From NCBI RefSeq assembly GCF_000143415.4, contig NW_003314264.1, positions 352,774-416,773 of the forward strand: DNA of 64,000 nucleotides. Direction: 5' to 3'. Shown here piece after piece: positions 36,508 to 49,517 of this stretch. The notes under the pieces were generated by a model. That model had not been told where the DNA came from and searched no databases. It saw nothing but the letters and a program-made list of their open reading frames with translations. Position 1 is the first letter of the stretch; each line of letters begins with the position of its first letter. The translations under genes were made by a program, and so were the position numbers. Source of the stretch: Selaginella moellendorffii. Taxonomy: Eukaryota > Plantae > Lycopodiophyta.

Positions 36508-37115
36508 AAATTGATTAAATCAATCAATCCTAAAGATCACATCAAATCCCATTATATCCAAAACGGTGAAATCCATATCTATTTACCAAATTCCTATTTT
36601 AACTCTTACTTATTGAAGTACCTTATCAGTGCTTTGGCTACCTTGAATAAACTTTATAATCCTTGGTTTTCCCAATAACTACACTATTAGTTTGGCTTAC
36701 TGGATTATATCTGTAGCCACAAAATTATCCGAATGTCATAAATGTGACAGTAGATATTAAAAGTTACCTATTGACAAGTCCTTTTAGATATTCTTTCTTT
36801 ACTGTTATGACGGCAAGAGGTTCCTATTGTTAGACCCTTTATTAATCTTCACTCAAGCTAGTTGAGAAACTAGTCATTATGTATGTACTTATGCAGGATA
36901 AATATAAGATAGGAACTCCTATGTGTTTCTTGTTAAGCATACTCAGCTTGGTAGGAGAAACTCATATGTTAACTTGCACTTGTTAGTGTTGGGATCCCTT
37001 ACAATATTGAGCTTGGTCCTTTAATATTCACTAAATGATAGCTTACCGTGTCCATCAAAACACCCCGATATTATGCCCCTTGTATTGGTCATGTTTGGTT
37101 CTATTGGCTATTTAT
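36508..37115. repeat. B-like protease remnant joined to family-C repeat; paralog of the DNA-transposon flank (empty site)
   Basis: Matches 20146-20404 then continues as 31037-31390. Confidence 0.8.
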
Positions 37116-38070
37116 AAAAACTTATTGTTCTGACATTTGTGGATTTTCGAGATGAAGATTTGTGCTATCAGCAGTTGTTGTACTTGATGTTTAGTATTCA
37201 CAATGTATGAAGCAAGATTTTCCTTCTCTTGACAAGGTTTGTGAAACTCAAAAGGTTGAGTTGTTAAGGATAACTTTCTTTAATTTATTGGGATTGATGA
37301 TCATTTACAGTTAGTGGTATCTTTGATATTTATTCCAAACTTTCTCCATATTTATCATGACTTTCATATTCTATGTGGATATATGGGACATTAGCGTATA
37401 ACTGAGAAGCTACACAAGTCTTTCTATTAGTCAAAGATAGAATGTGATATTATCCAATATGTGTGTAGTTGTGTTTTGTACTAAGCTCGTAATACTCCCC
37501 TCTCGTGTTACGGAAAGACAATTAGAGTTAATTGTAATTTCCCGTCTAATTGCATTAGTGGTATTTAATTTGATGGGGCCTATTCTAGTAACTTTGAGCA
37601 GATCTAATCAATAAAAAATTGTTATAGTAGCAATTCAAAGGCAATTACACCTTGCTTACCTTGGAGCCCCCACCCAGCCAGTTCACTTACAACCAGCCAT
37701 TTGAAAGTCGTCCTCTCCTCTTCAAACACACTCCACAGTCTCTCTGGCCAATGAACAAGTTGGGTAGCTTTGGATTTACCACCTGGCCTCCCCTATTATA
37801 GCCACAGACATGCCACATGGCAGATTTGGGATACAGATGGTGAGTTCAAATCTTTCTGGAAATTGTAATAACAAGTGATTGAACTTGAATACTTGGATTG
37901 GAATGCCAGCAAGCACCTATCCCTAACGCTTCACTTATTCATGAATAGAGGTTATGCTATGTAAGCAACAGCCTTTTCAGCTTCCAGAAGAAAATTTAGT
38001 TTGTTCATACCTTGCCATGGCTGAGGAGCTCTCCTCCTTCATGTCCCGACCCGCTGGAGCTGCTCGAGGA

Positions 38071-39756
38071 TCAATCTTGAGATGCACGGCCTTCAATGAA
38101 GCTGAGATTCGATTCCTTCCATGAACTGTCAGTATTATGAGGCAATGTCGCATAACCCATGATCTGCTGAAAGTATGGGCTTAGACGTAATCCACCATGG
38201 AGGGTGTAAGCTCCTAGCAGGCTTGTGAGAGCCACAGAATCGGGCTGGATTGGCATCGAGCCAACCAGACGCTCGGCATCAAGCAACCATCCAGCACGTC
38301 CAAGCATGTCCACCACGCAGCTGTAGTGCTGTGACGAAGGGTACAAGCCGCGATCCCTCCACATTGATGCCAACAAGTGGCATCCATGCTCCACCCACCC
38401 AGCATGGCTGCAAGCGAAGAGAATGCTGAGTAGGGTTACGGCGTTGGGTTGGATACCATGCAGCTCCATTGTGTACAGCAGCCACAGCGCGTATCCGCTG
38501 TCTCCACTCTCAGCATAAGCAGCGATCAAGGTGCTCCATGCCACCACATCCACGCAAGAGCACATGCCCATGCAGCGGTACGTGTCGAACACCCGCCGAG
38601 CATCGCCCAGCCGCCCGCACTTGGCATACGCATCCATGAGCGCCGAGGTAACCACGGGGTTAGCGTCAAACGCGTCCCACACAATCGCCTCCTCGAGCTT
38701 TCTTGTGCGGGCACCATCACACACTTTGCCACACGCCTCCATCGCTGCCACCACACTTATAGCCACCGGCTTGACGCCCAGCTGCAGCATTCTACTAAAC
38801 AGTTCCAGGGCCTCCTCTCCCCCTGCTGCCGACATGATGGCGTTCCACGACTCAACCTCTAGGCTGTCCATCCCTCGAAACACTGCTCTCGCTCCCTCTG
38901 TGGCGCCGCACCTCGAGTACAAAGCCACCAGTGCCGTGCAAAGGAATGGATCCGATCCCCATCCCTGCTCGACGATGCGTGCGTGGATGTGCTTCCCCTG
39001 CTCTAGCCGCTCCACCCCACGCACAGCTTCCAGCGCGGCTAAGAGGCTCATCTCGCACGCCCTCACCCCTTCGAGATCCATGCCGTGGAAGCATTCCAGT
39101 GCTCGTGCCCACTCCCTCCGCTGGCAGTAGGCATCGATCATTGCAGTCCACGAGATGTCGTTCTTGCATGGCATGGAGTGAAAGACAGCCTTGGCTTGGT
39201 CAAGCCACCCGCATTTTCCATACATGCTGATGAGAGCGTTGCACACGGCAACGTCCACCCGGAGCTGGGTGCACGCGATCATTCCGTCAATCCTGTGGCC
39301 CTCGTCTGCATCCCCAGCGTGGCCGCAGGCAGTCAAGGCGCTGGTCAGCGTGAAGGCGTTGGGCTTGACACCTTCCAGGAGCATCTCCCGGAACAGTCTC
39401 ACAGCCTGCTTGCACTCTCCATTCTCCGCCAGTGCCACCAGCATAATCGTCCACGAGTGCACGTTTCTCACAGTCATGCAGTCGAAGACACAGCAAGCCT
39501 CCGCTATACTGCCGCACTTGCCATACATCTCCACGAGCATGTTGAGGAGAAGCTTGTCGCGCTTGTAGACCTCACTGGTGGCAATGTGGGCGTGAATAAG
39601 CTTGCCATGCTCCACCTGGCGACACCGCTTGAGTAGTACCGTCAAGGCTGCAGCCGGGTCTTGCTCATCGTCTATTCTCTTGAGCCTCCTCTGAAGTTGG
39701 TCATACTCGGCGTGGTAGGCTTGACGGCCACCATCGTGCAGCTCCATCCGCTGCAT
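38071..39756 (-). CDS. PLS-class pentatricopeptide repeat protein
   Basis: Intronless 561 aa; repeated MYGKCG..A..VF..M motifs, HYSCVVDMLGRAG, E-like end; no DYW domain seen. Confidence 0.92.
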   Translation of the reverse strand: MQRMELHDGGRQAYHAEYDQLQRRLKRIDDEQDPAAALTVLLKRCRQVEHGKLIHAHIATSEVYKRDKLLLNMLVEMYGKCGSIAEACCVFDCMTVRNVHSWTIMLVALAENGECKQAVRLFREMLLEGVKPNAFTLTSALTACGHAGDADEGHRIDGMIACTQLRVDVAVCNALISMYGKCGWLDQAKAVFHSMPCKNDISWTAMIDAYCQRREWARALECFHGMDLEGVRACEMSLLAALEAVRGVERLEQGKHIHARIVEQGWGSDPFLCTALVALYSRCGATEGARAVFRGMDSLEVESWNAIMSAAGGEEALELFSRMLQLGVKPVAISVVAAMEACGKVCDGARTRKLEEAIVWDAFDANPVVTSALMDAYAKCGRLGDARRVFDTYRCMGMCSCVDVVAWSTLIAAYAESGDSGYALWLLYTMELHGIQPNAVTLLSILFACSHAGWVEHGCHLLASMWRDRGLYPSSQHYSCVVDMLGRAGWLLDAERLVGSMPIQPDSVALTSLLGAYTLHGGLRLSPYFQQIMGYATLPHNTDSSWKESNLSFIEGRASQD

Positions 39757-39764
39757 ATCCCCTC

Positions 39765-40949
39765 CTACGCTGTGTTATGCAGCCTGCGCCTTGACATGAC
39801 AAGAAGCTGGATGTTTGGGTGCTGGAAACAGGCATCCATCTGCAAAACAAAATAGAGAGGTTGGTCATCCGACTACGGTGAGACGACAGAACCTTCTTCT
39901 TGGAGATGGTCTTTATCTCGAAGTGCTCTTTGCACATGGCCTGAAGCCTCTCAGTCAACTCGGGCGAACGAAATTCATAAGCCAGCTGCTCATGGACAAA
40001 TAAATAGCTGTCCAGGATAGCAAATGATGGAAGGCTTACTTACCACGACTGTAGCCCTTGGTCCACAAAGGGAGAGAATCGTCGTGAGCAGAGGCTCCAG
40101 GTGCTGGGCGGCATACACCTGGAAAAAGGTGGCGGCAGCAAAAAGGGTGACTTGAGATGGATCAACAACTTACAACATCGGTGCCAATAATAAAGTCGAA
40201 TGGTGGTTCCAATGCAGCTATGTGGCAGCTGTTTCCCCAATCTAGTTCGGCAACACTGACATTTCCTGACACATAATGCATGAGAAAGGAGGAACGAAGA
40301 AGTATTTGGCTTTATCACCGAGACCAACGGAATCGCTTGTGCTCGTGACCGAAGCCAGCTTGATCCTAGCCACATTTCTTTCCACGTTTTTGAGCAGGAG
40401 CGGCAACACCTCCACCTGATCAGTTAACACCACATTGCAGCCCATGAGTGCCATTGCTGCCAACACCCAACCGTTACAACTTAAGAGGCATCGATTCGGA
40501 AATTCACCTAGTCCTGCAACACCACACCCGGCTCCCAGCTCAATAGCGCGCTTCCCAGCCATCTGGACGCCATTCAGCTGCCCGCGATTGCAATTCTTTT
40601 CCTGAAAATCACACACACAACGGAACACATCGTCTAATCAGAGGCCGAAGCATTCTAGACCAACCAACCAGGAATTTGGCAAACACCACCGACGAGTCCC
40701 ACACGGTTGTTCCAACGTGCTTGGAATTTGGATCCTGTCCAAGGACGGACTGCGTTTTCTACCTTCAGACTTGTCCACCAATACCCACCTGAGATATGAG
40801 CAGCGGGTGACCAAACAGCTCAATCCCAAGGGCGCTCGTGTGCTGGGTGTTGAACCTGCGGGCCTCCGGTGCTGTAAGTTCGAGCGCAAGCAATGCGATG
40901 CAACAACAACACACCTGTCCGCCAAAGAGGTGATTGTGTCGCCGGCCAT
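39765..40949 (-). CDS. METTL21-like protein lysine methyltransferase (multi-exon)
   Basis: QDPNSKHVGTTVWDSS, IELGAGCGVAG, LTDQ, ELDWG, IIGTDVVY; last exon MDACFQHPNIQLLVMSRRRLHNTA*. Confidence 0.88.
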
Positions 40950-41069
40950 ACCTAGCTAACTCTGGATCTGTATCCAAAAAAGAATTTCATTTTTATTGCA
41001 CTCACGCTGTCTATGGTGTATTACAAGCCACCAAAATTTCGTGGCTCGGTTGAACGAAACGCAACTCCG

Positions 41070-43608
41070 TCAGCTTCCATTGGCTGGTGCTGCTGCTGCT
41101 GCTGTTCCTGATGCTGCTGCTGGGGTGGTGGAAGTTGTTTTGCTACCATTAGCCGCCACCTAGAGATTGAAGAGATTGAAGAGAGTTAATCACAAGAAAC
41201 AAAGGCGTCACCAAGCACTTGTACCTGCGCCGCTGCTGGATCCTTGGTGGAGCGAGACCACTTGAGCGCAGCGATGATGGCGTCCCCCCGGCTGCCAAGG
41301 CCCCTTCTCCCCACCAGCTTGACGCCTACCCTGCTGCATAGGTAGAGGAGTCGCTTTTTGTCACCCCCGCGAACTTCCCGCAGCTCCAGCGCCTGCTGAC
41401 GCGTGATCATGGTGTAGAGGTGGAGCGGCGGGGGTTGCGGCTTGGGCTGCTCCGTGCTATCTCCCGGCCTCGCCTTGGTTTTGTTTCCAATCACCACCCG
41501 CAGCAAAGCGCAAGAGCTCGGATCCTGCGAGCTGGGATCGTACACCACCGCAAAGTTGCCGAAGTCGACGTCGGGCTCCCTGAAGATGTCCGACAACACC
41601 GTGGCATACGATTGGATGTCCTTGCGTGGCACCTGGACTGGTGAGCCCCTGGCCGCAGCCTGAGCTGCAATGTTACCAGCTTCCCTCAAGCCACTCAGAA
41701 AGGCTCCATGCATGGTGGCTGGGTAGCGTCGGGTAGTGGCTTCACCTGCGAAAAATAAGCGGCCTCCGACGCTCTCCGCCAGTATGTCGTAGTCTTCCCC
41801 GGACGCACCCACGGCTACGTTGGAGTATGACCCGAAGCAAAGAGGATCGCTCCCCCAGCGCGTGCACACCGTCTGAATCGGATCCGGAACCACCACCCCG
41901 CGGGGTTGATAGATACCTGCAGAAAAGTACCCGTGCATGGGTCAGAGCTCGAAACAACACCTTCCGTACCTCGAAGCACTCCCAGAACACGCTGGATAGC
42001 TTCCAGGGGCGGCATTCGCTCGAAGTTGATTGCAGCCTCGCCAGCCACCAGGGCAATGAGAAGAGGGCCACCAGACACAGCCGCGTAGCTGTAGAAGAGG
42101 AAAAACTCGCCCCTCCTGGCAGGCGTGTCGGTCAGCTGCCCGAAAGTGTCGAGCTCGGATCCCCAGAAGGCAACAGGGAAGAGCATGGCCACCTTGTTCA
42201 GCAGACCGAAGCCGAGCCTGTCCACCGCGTCGTACTTCCTGGGAGGGAGCTCCGGCTCAAAGGTGACGGACCTCTTCTTGAGCACTCCCAAAGGCACGGT
42301 GCACAGGGCCATGTCCGCCTCGAAGATCTGGTCCGCGGTGAGGACTTGGACGCCACTGCTGCCGTAGCGGATGGTGTGGACGGTCTTGCCGTAGAACACG
42401 GGCACGTCTTCCGCAAGGGCCGCAACCAGCCTCACGTTCCCACCCGGCACGAAGCAGTGGTCGCCACCCATCTCATACGGATCGTCCTGGTCCCAGTAGG
42501 CGAGCGAGAGATTGGAGAGCAGCCCGGCGTTGGCGTACTCAAGGTTGGCAAGGTGCCAGTCAAAGAGCTGCCTCTCCTGCGGGTCACGGGCCACGTCCCC
42601 CTGGTGCCTCAGGTGCTCCAGCGTCGTCCCCAGCGCAATGCTGTCCGACACCTTGTCCATCTCTTCCCTCCACTTGCTGGCCAGGTCCAGCAGCTTGTTG
42701 AACTGGCCTTCCACCTTGAGGTCGGCATCCTCGTTGACGGGAGCACCGCCGGGCTGGTAGAGCGGGCACTTGTCGCGAATCTTGTGAAGGGGGAGGCCCA
42801 GCTGCCTTGCAATCACCCCGAGCGGGTTGCCATGCATGCCGGTGACGACGCTGCCACCCAGGTCCGCCGCCGCAACCTGGCCTCCGCCTTCCATCCTCTT
42901 GGTGTACACCCTGCCCCCGGGTCGGTGCCTGCCTTCCACCACCACCACCTTGTGACCGAAGGCTCGAAGCTGGCGGGCCGCAGCCAGGCCGGCGAGGCCC
43001 GCGCCGACGATGACGACGGAGCACCTGGTGGCCTCGGCAGGGATGGCGGCCCGCATGGCCGGAGCCACCCCGAAGTTGATGTAGCCATACGACAGCAGGA
43101 AGGTGTAGGCCGCGGAGACGAGGCTCTTGTGCTGGCTCCGGATCGACTCCATCACCCTCTGCTCGCTCAGCCACGCGTTGACATTGTCCCGCCAGCGCGC
43201 AAGGATGTGGTTGCGCACAATCACGTAGTTGGCCTGCTCCTCGCCACCCAGCGTCGCCACCACGCCCGCCTCAATCTCCTCCTCCGTCAGCGACTCCCTG
43301 GGGAAGCCTATTGCAGCTCCAATCATCGCCTCCACATCCACCTCTTTGTCCACGTCCACGGGCCGCTTCTTCTTCCTGAGCGCTCCCAGCTGCTTCTCAA
43401 ACATCTGGTCGATGAGAGTCTCGTCGTAGCTCCGGTTCTTGGCCTGCTGCCGGAGGGCTCGGATGCTCTTACCTCGGCCCGCCAGCCGGCTCCCAGCCTC
43501 GTCGATGGCTTCCTCCAGGAGCACATCCCTCGCCTGCCGCCGCCTCTTCCGCCTGCCGTTGTTGCTCGTCTCCCCGGCGGCAGCCGGAGGAGGAATGGGC
43601 GCCTCCAT
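41070..43608 (-). CDS. FLD: LSD1-like histone demethylase, FLOWERING LOCUS D type
   Basis: SWIRM domain, GAGLAG FAD motif, amine oxidase domain; FLD-type tail [25 protein letters not shown]; two introns. Confidence 0.9.
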
Positions 43609-43707
43609 GTCTCACCCCAAGGAAGAAGACGCCATTTTGCTAGACTTTAGGGCAAGGTGGAGAATTTACATAACTAAGAGGTTATGTAATGGCGCATGTC
43701 CCAACGC

Positions 43708-43791
43708 CCGACTTTAGCTCAGTTGGTAGAGCGGAGGACTGTAGTGCTCTCAGCTATCCTTAGGTCGCTGGTTCGATTCCGGCAAGTCGGA
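43708..43791 (+). tRNA. tRNA-Tyr(GTA) with 11-nt intron (43745-43755)
   Basis: Acceptor stem CCGACTT/AAGTCGG, D-arm AGCTCAGTTGGTAGAGC, anticodon GTA at 43741-43743, T-arm GGTTCGATTCC. Confidence 0.97.
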
Positions 43792-43889
43792 TCTTCTTAC
43801 GAAGCTTATTCTCTTTTTCCCTTCTTTTTAAGCAAGGTCGGTGGATCTCCTCTTGTTCCTAGCTAGGGATTTTTGCTCTTTCGGCGATT

Positions 43890-44069
43890 ATGGGTCGGTA
43901 TGTGTATGTGATCCCGCTGCCCATTGTGGCCATCTTCATCCTTTTGTTGGCGCTCTTGTGCTACTACTGCGGGAAAAGGGGTAGAAGCATGCAGGCTCCA
44001 GCAGCGGTCGGCTACCCAATTCCTCCACCCGGCCAGCCCGGCTACCCGCCTCCTCCTCCCAAGGTGTGA
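43890..44069 (+). CDS. 59-aa single-pass membrane protein with Pro-rich tail
   Basis: MGRYVYVIPLPIVAIFILLLALLCYYCGKRGR...GYPIPPPG...; resembles a small conserved plant TM family; below the ORF-track cutoff. Confidence 0.7.
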   Translation: MGRYVYVIPLPIVAIFILLLALLCYYCGKRGRSMQAPAAVGYPIPPPGQPGYPPPPPKV

Positions 44070-44889
44070 TCGTCCTCAATGTCAATGTTTCTTCTGTGAT
44101 GTATAGAACCGAGAAAGATTGTATGGAAGCGAGTTAAATCGATCCTTTTACGTTTTCGACTTACCAGTCTCTCGTGATCTCCGATAACCTCTTCCATGAC
44201 TTGCTCCAGGCTCTGGCCAGCGGTTTTTGGCACCAGCGCCGCGAATGCGGTGTCCTCCAACCCTGGCGACAGCGTGTAAGTTGACGGGCTTAAAGTAGGA
44301 ATGCGCACCTATTCCGGGGAAGCTTTGCACAATGGTCACCACCTCTTGGCCCGTCATGCCCGACATGAAGCAAATGCGTGGCATCCTGCCTGCGGTACCA
44401 GGAGGGGGGTTGCTCACGTTGGATGGACGCTGCATGCACTCCCACAGCGTCTCGCGCAGCATGTCCTCGCAGCACACAATCACCTTGACGATGGCCTCCG
44501 CACCCATGCCCTTGAGGTATTCGATCACCTGATCACAATCGATCTCGATCCATCCATCCACCGACAGGAGAAAGAGGCTGCCGCGCATACCTTGGGAATC
44601 TCGTGATTGTCAAATCCCACCAAGAGCATTGCCTTTCAACACTCGGCTGTTGGACTTGAGATGTCAAAGCAAAACAATGGCGTACTTACTGTAGGCCCGT
44701 AGCTTGGATCATCGTCGTTTATAGCGACGAATTTGGGGTCGTCCCGGATCTCGGCAGGAACATTGTCTGCGCTCATCTTGCTCATCTTGAATTATGTATG
44801 TTACCTAGTGTTTACCTTGAGAGGATGCTCGCAGCAACCCAAGTGGGTGTTGGGGAGCGGCGACGCAGAGCTCGGAGTTCCGATTGCAT
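44042..44889 (-). CDS. DUF3783-like, probably plastid-targeted protein (multi-exon; 3' end uncertain)
   Basis: DDDPSYGP, ALLVGF, PRICFMSGMTGQE, AFAALVP..LEQVMEEVIGDHE. Confidence 0.75.
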
Positions 44890-45083
44890 TTCCGAAGCAG
44901 CAGCCCGGGTGTGGCTAAAGTCCTGCTTGATGTAACACCCAAGAATGACGCGAGTGAGGCCACAGCCGCCATAGCCGCAGTCAAGAAGTAAGCACAAAGA
45001 GAAATTAAGTGTTTAATTTACAGTAGCATGTTTGTTTGCTTCAAAGGAAACACAACGAGAAGAAAAACTACCACCTATACATT

Positions 45084-47024
45084 CTAGTCTGTTCTAATGC
45101 GCTTTATGTCCGTGTCTGGGACACTGGCATCTCCCATCTGCCCCACCAACACCTGTACAAAACACGAACGAATAGTAAGATCAATTCAACTGAAAACCAG
45201 AGAGAGTCTCACAGCTTCATCTGGAACCACAGCATATCTCTCGGATGGCGATATCCAATTTGCAACGCCACTTCCTGCCAGCCAACAAAAGAAGATGAAA
45301 AAGGAGAGGAGATCTCTAGCAAAGTACCGGTTACAGCCGGCTCCGGTGATTTCTCCAGGCCCTCACAGGCCTTGCCGTCGGCACTGAGAGCTTGGATGCC
45401 TTTAGGTGCGCTTCTGCAACTCGTAGGTGCGATGTTGTAAGCGGCCGCCGGACTTTACAAAGGTTGTAAGCTCCTTACCTGTCCACAGCGTCTCCGTGTC
45501 CCAATTGCCCGCTTGTTCCTCGCCCCCAGGAATACACATTGTTCTTGTCAGTCACCGCGACGGTGTGTCTCCAACCACACGAGACTTGCACCACTCTCTG
45601 CAACCACAACGCTGGCGTCGGTTAGCACACCGAAAATGGATGCAGAGGTACCTGGTGCTGTCCTGGAATGGAAATCAATTGCGGGCTGGTGTGATCATCA
45701 ACATCCCCGCTACCAACTTGACCAAACTGCATGTGGCCACACTTTGCCTGGTCAGCCATTGCAACTAAGTGCTATGACTTGCCTTGTTCCACCCCCATCC
45801 GTAAAGCTTGCCCGCTTCCGTTAGAGCAACGGTGTGCCTCCAGCCTCCGGACACCTACACGCAGCAGAAGCGCGTGCAATGAACGACATGTAACATGCTC
45901 GCCAACCTGTGTGATGTTGAACTCCGCCAGGGCTGCAACCTGGTGTGGTAAGAGATGGTCCGCATAGTCGCCATGCCCGAGCTGCCCATACTTGCTCCAG
46001 CCATACGTGTAGAGCTTGCCGGACTGGGACACGGCGATGGTGTGCCTCCACCCGCACGCCACCATGCACATCTTTTCATCCTGTCACCACCAAGTCAGAC
46101 CATATACAATGTGCATCAATCGGGCTCTAAGAAGAGAATGACCCCAACAGCGGGCACTTCAGCCGGTAGCATCCGATCGCCCCGATCGCCCAGGCCTAGA
46201 TTTCCGTAGCGCCCCCACCCCCAGCCGTAGAGCTTGCCGCCATCGGTCACAGCTGCCGTGTGCTCCGCCCCTGCTGCGAGCATCTTGACGGACACCCCCT
46301 GCGCGCATGCACATGCCCACGAACGTCAAGCAAAGGTATACGTATGACGGACCTCGAAAGCTAGTAGCTTGTGCGGGACGAGCGAGTCGTCGGTATCTCC
46401 CAGCCCGAGCTGACCATTCTGGTTCCGGCCCCAGCTACGCAGGTAGACAGAGCGGTTGATAAAAGCACGAGCAGGAATGCACGAGAGGAAATGCACCTGT
46501 AGACTTCTCCATCCGCGGTCACCGCCAGGCAATGGCTGTCGCCGCAAGCGATTTGCCTGATCTCGAGGCCCTGCAGCGCCTTGATTGGATGGGGTACGAA
46601 GAGATCGCTCGAGTTGCCATGGCCGAGCCTCCCAAAGTCGCCCCTGGTATGTATGAGCCATGACAAGAAGACGAGTGAGAGGTGTGTGTGACGAGAGAGA
46701 ACAAGACGGTAGCAGTACCAGCCCCAGCTGTAGATGGTGAGCCTGGTTGCAGAGTAGGCGGTGGTGTGATCCGCGCCGCACGCCACAAGCGAGATCTCGC
46801 AGTCGTTGAGCGCACCGATGATCCGCGGCAAGTGCCGATCCTCCGCATCTCCGTGACCCAGCTGCCCGTCCTCGCCCCGCCCAAACGAGCACACCACTTG
46901 GCCAGCTGCAGCCCACAGCGTGACAGTCTAGACACGAGAGATGCTTGCTTGCTTGCTTACACAGGAGGGCTACGGTGTGGCTGGCTCCAGCCGACACCAG
47001 CAGCACCTTGCGCTCCCCGGCCAT
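45084..47024 (-). CDS. UVR8: UV-B photoreceptor UVR8 (RCC1 repeats)
   Basis: [11 protein letters not shown] start, RCC1 repeats, GWRHT motifs, C-terminal RYAVVPDE and SVPDTDIKR. Confidence 0.95.
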
Positions 47025-47716
47025 TCCAATCGCGCCGCCCTCGCCCTCGTTACAATCACTTGCTCCTCATTTCACGCTCGCTCGCTCGCTCGAGGAAGAG
47101 GAAGCTACTCGCCATCCATCCAGGGGCGTGCGCACAAGCATATACAAGCAGTCACGCCTTGACGCATTCACAGAGAAGAATGAAAATGTACCTCGTCATA
47201 CAATGAAGAGCGCGAGCGGCCAAGGTCAGGGCTCGAGTGTGTGGCCAGTGGCCAGCCTGAGCCTTTTGGAAGCCCTTTTGTCGCTTTCACACGCTCCTCT
47301 CTCGCCCATGCTCAATGTATAATGTAGCAACGATATCTTTAATCCCCGCAGGTCGAGACGGCCGGACTTTTGTTTCCCCTGCTTCAATCGCAATCAGACG
47401 CATGGCAGGATTACCGTACCCTTTCCCCACGACTTTGCGCTTGATCCTGTGCTCGATTCGAGATCATCTCTATAGAGAGCTTTATATTTTATTTGATCTC
47501 TCCGCGACCCGCGACGAAGTTCTTCATCGCGCCGGAAGCTGAATCGTCCATGCATGCATACATGCATGCCATGCAGGGCGCAGCACCACGTGACTGATCA
47601 CTACTCCTCGCGAATCCAGTGCAAAAAACGCTATACAAGATAAAGGCTGTTACGTAAAGATTAAAAAACTCCACACACCCACTGCTGTTGCCTGCTGCTT
47701 GGTCCTCTTGTCATGT

Positions 47717-49469
47717 TCATGTTATAAATGGCTCTTGGCCTTGCGAAAGCGCTCCTTCCCCCACCGCCTTGCCTGCTAACGCAAAACTCATGAGACGAGG
47801 CCTTCCACTTTGAAATACACATACCTGTCACGGCCCGCCCAAGCTCCCCTTCCTCAAACTCCACCACAGTGCAGTAGCCATCCTGTGACGAGACAACCAG
47901 GAACTTGGCGTCATGAGACCTGCGGCGGGGGTGAGAGCCCGGTTGTAGGAGGGAACGAAGCCAGAAGAGTTTACCAGGCAAGATCGGTGATGGCACGGTA
48001 GTGAATGCCTCCTAGAAAGGCTGTCGGGTTGAGCATCTGCGTGTTATAGATAGCAACAGAGTTGAGTGTCGCTATAGCAAAGACAAGCCGGTGCGGTAGA
48101 TTGAAAACGCGGTTCTCTGAACAAAAGACAATGACATTATGAGATGATGGCACAAGAAACCAACCAGTGTTTCCCTCGAGAGCAAACTTGACGGGGCAGA
48201 AGGACGTGGCCACCACCGCTTTACTAGCTCCAGGGAAATGAAGAGCTGGCCTAGATATTGTTGCTGCAGGTCTCAGTGCGAAAATCCCAAGACACATGAA
48301 TCTAAGTCACCTGGACAGGTCTCTCCTTGAAAAAGCGAATGCTGCGTTGACGCTGCCCTTGTGCAGACCTGGAAACAAAAGGCAAAACATCAAAACAGGT
48401 CTAATGTGACAAACAGCAATTTCACCCGCAGGAACAAGTAAAAAGGAGCCGTCGGGGGACCATGCCAGCCTGCGGAAAAAGGATGGCATGCTCTCATCCG
48501 CGAACAAGTGGCATTTCTGCAAGGTAGCCAGGGAAGTCCAACATCTCATTATCAAACCAACACGCCTACCTTGATGTCATCTCCGCTGCTGTCCCCAGTG
48601 GGAAATTCCGCTTTCGAAATAACACGTTGACAAGTAAACGCCTTTGTCCCCGGTGTTTGTGATCGGGAATATATCCTGCATGTCCTGTCCGAGCTCATGG
48701 ACACCAGGTAGTAGCCAATCGGATCCCACGCAACCCCTTGTACGTAGTGTGCGTGATCCTTGATAACTTGCAGGGGTTCATCTGCAAGCAGCGGAGCTAG
48801 CAAACAACATAATCAAGCCTCAGTACGTACACTTGGTCATGTCCCAGACAACGCAGGAGTTGTCCACAGATCCAGACGCAAGCATCAATCCATCGGCTGA
48901 CCAGCCCAAGTCGTGCACGTCGTTCAAGTGGGACCTGGAGGCTCGCTCTGCATCACGTGATGAAAAAAAGCAAAGCCTACCGTAATGCCTTGACCACCTT
49001 CCAGACCGTAGCACCATCCTTGTTTTCTGTGAGCCTCCACAACGCGAGCTCTCCTTCTATAACGGATCTCCAGTTAGCAAAGGGAAAGAGTTACAAGGAA
49101 AGCTTACCGCCGGCACCGGAAGCAAGGGCGTCACCTGCGTAGGGAGTTAACCGGAGAGAGATGGAGAGAAGAAAAAGGACCTAAGACCCACCAGAGGGTG
49201 AGAAGCGGACAGCATTGACAGCAGCTGAATGGTGCGACAAGCTCGCCTCAAATGTGACTTTGGTAAGAGCCTTGCCATCCACAGACGCGAGTAACCAGAG
49301 CTGCAAACAGGAAGCCGAGAGCTTGAGCGAGAGAGCAAAGAGAAATGACTGATACTTTGATATCCTTGTCGGCGCCACAAGTGGCGAGCAAACCAGAGAC
49401 CGGGTGGAAGTCGGCAGAGAGCACTGGGTCACAGCCGTGCCAGGCAATCTGCACAGTGCCCGCCTTCAT
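47717..49469 (-). CDS. FAS2: Chromatin assembly factor 1 p60 subunit (WD40)
   Basis: [53 protein letters not shown]. Confidence 0.9.
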
Positions 49470-49508
49470 CTTGCAGACACCGAAAACCAAAAACCCTCGC
49501 TCTCTGCT

Positions 49509-49517
49509 GGCGGGAAA
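49509..49517 (-). promoter_or_regulatory. E2F-binding site upstream of FAS2
   Basis: TTTCCCGCC 40 nt upstream of the FAS2 ATG; S-phase chromatin genes are typical E2F targets. Confidence 0.65.

Noticed and set aside
39757-39765. GGAGGGG resembling a Shine-Dalgarno site before the PPR ATG
   Set aside because: Nuclear eukaryotic gene; likely chance
41827-43650. 607-aa plus-strand ORF
   Set aside because: Antisense shadow of the GC-rich FLD coding sequence
47200-47680. Short ORFs and CATG repeats between UVR8 and FAS2 as a possible small gene or miRNA
   Set aside because: No recognisable domain or convincing hairpin
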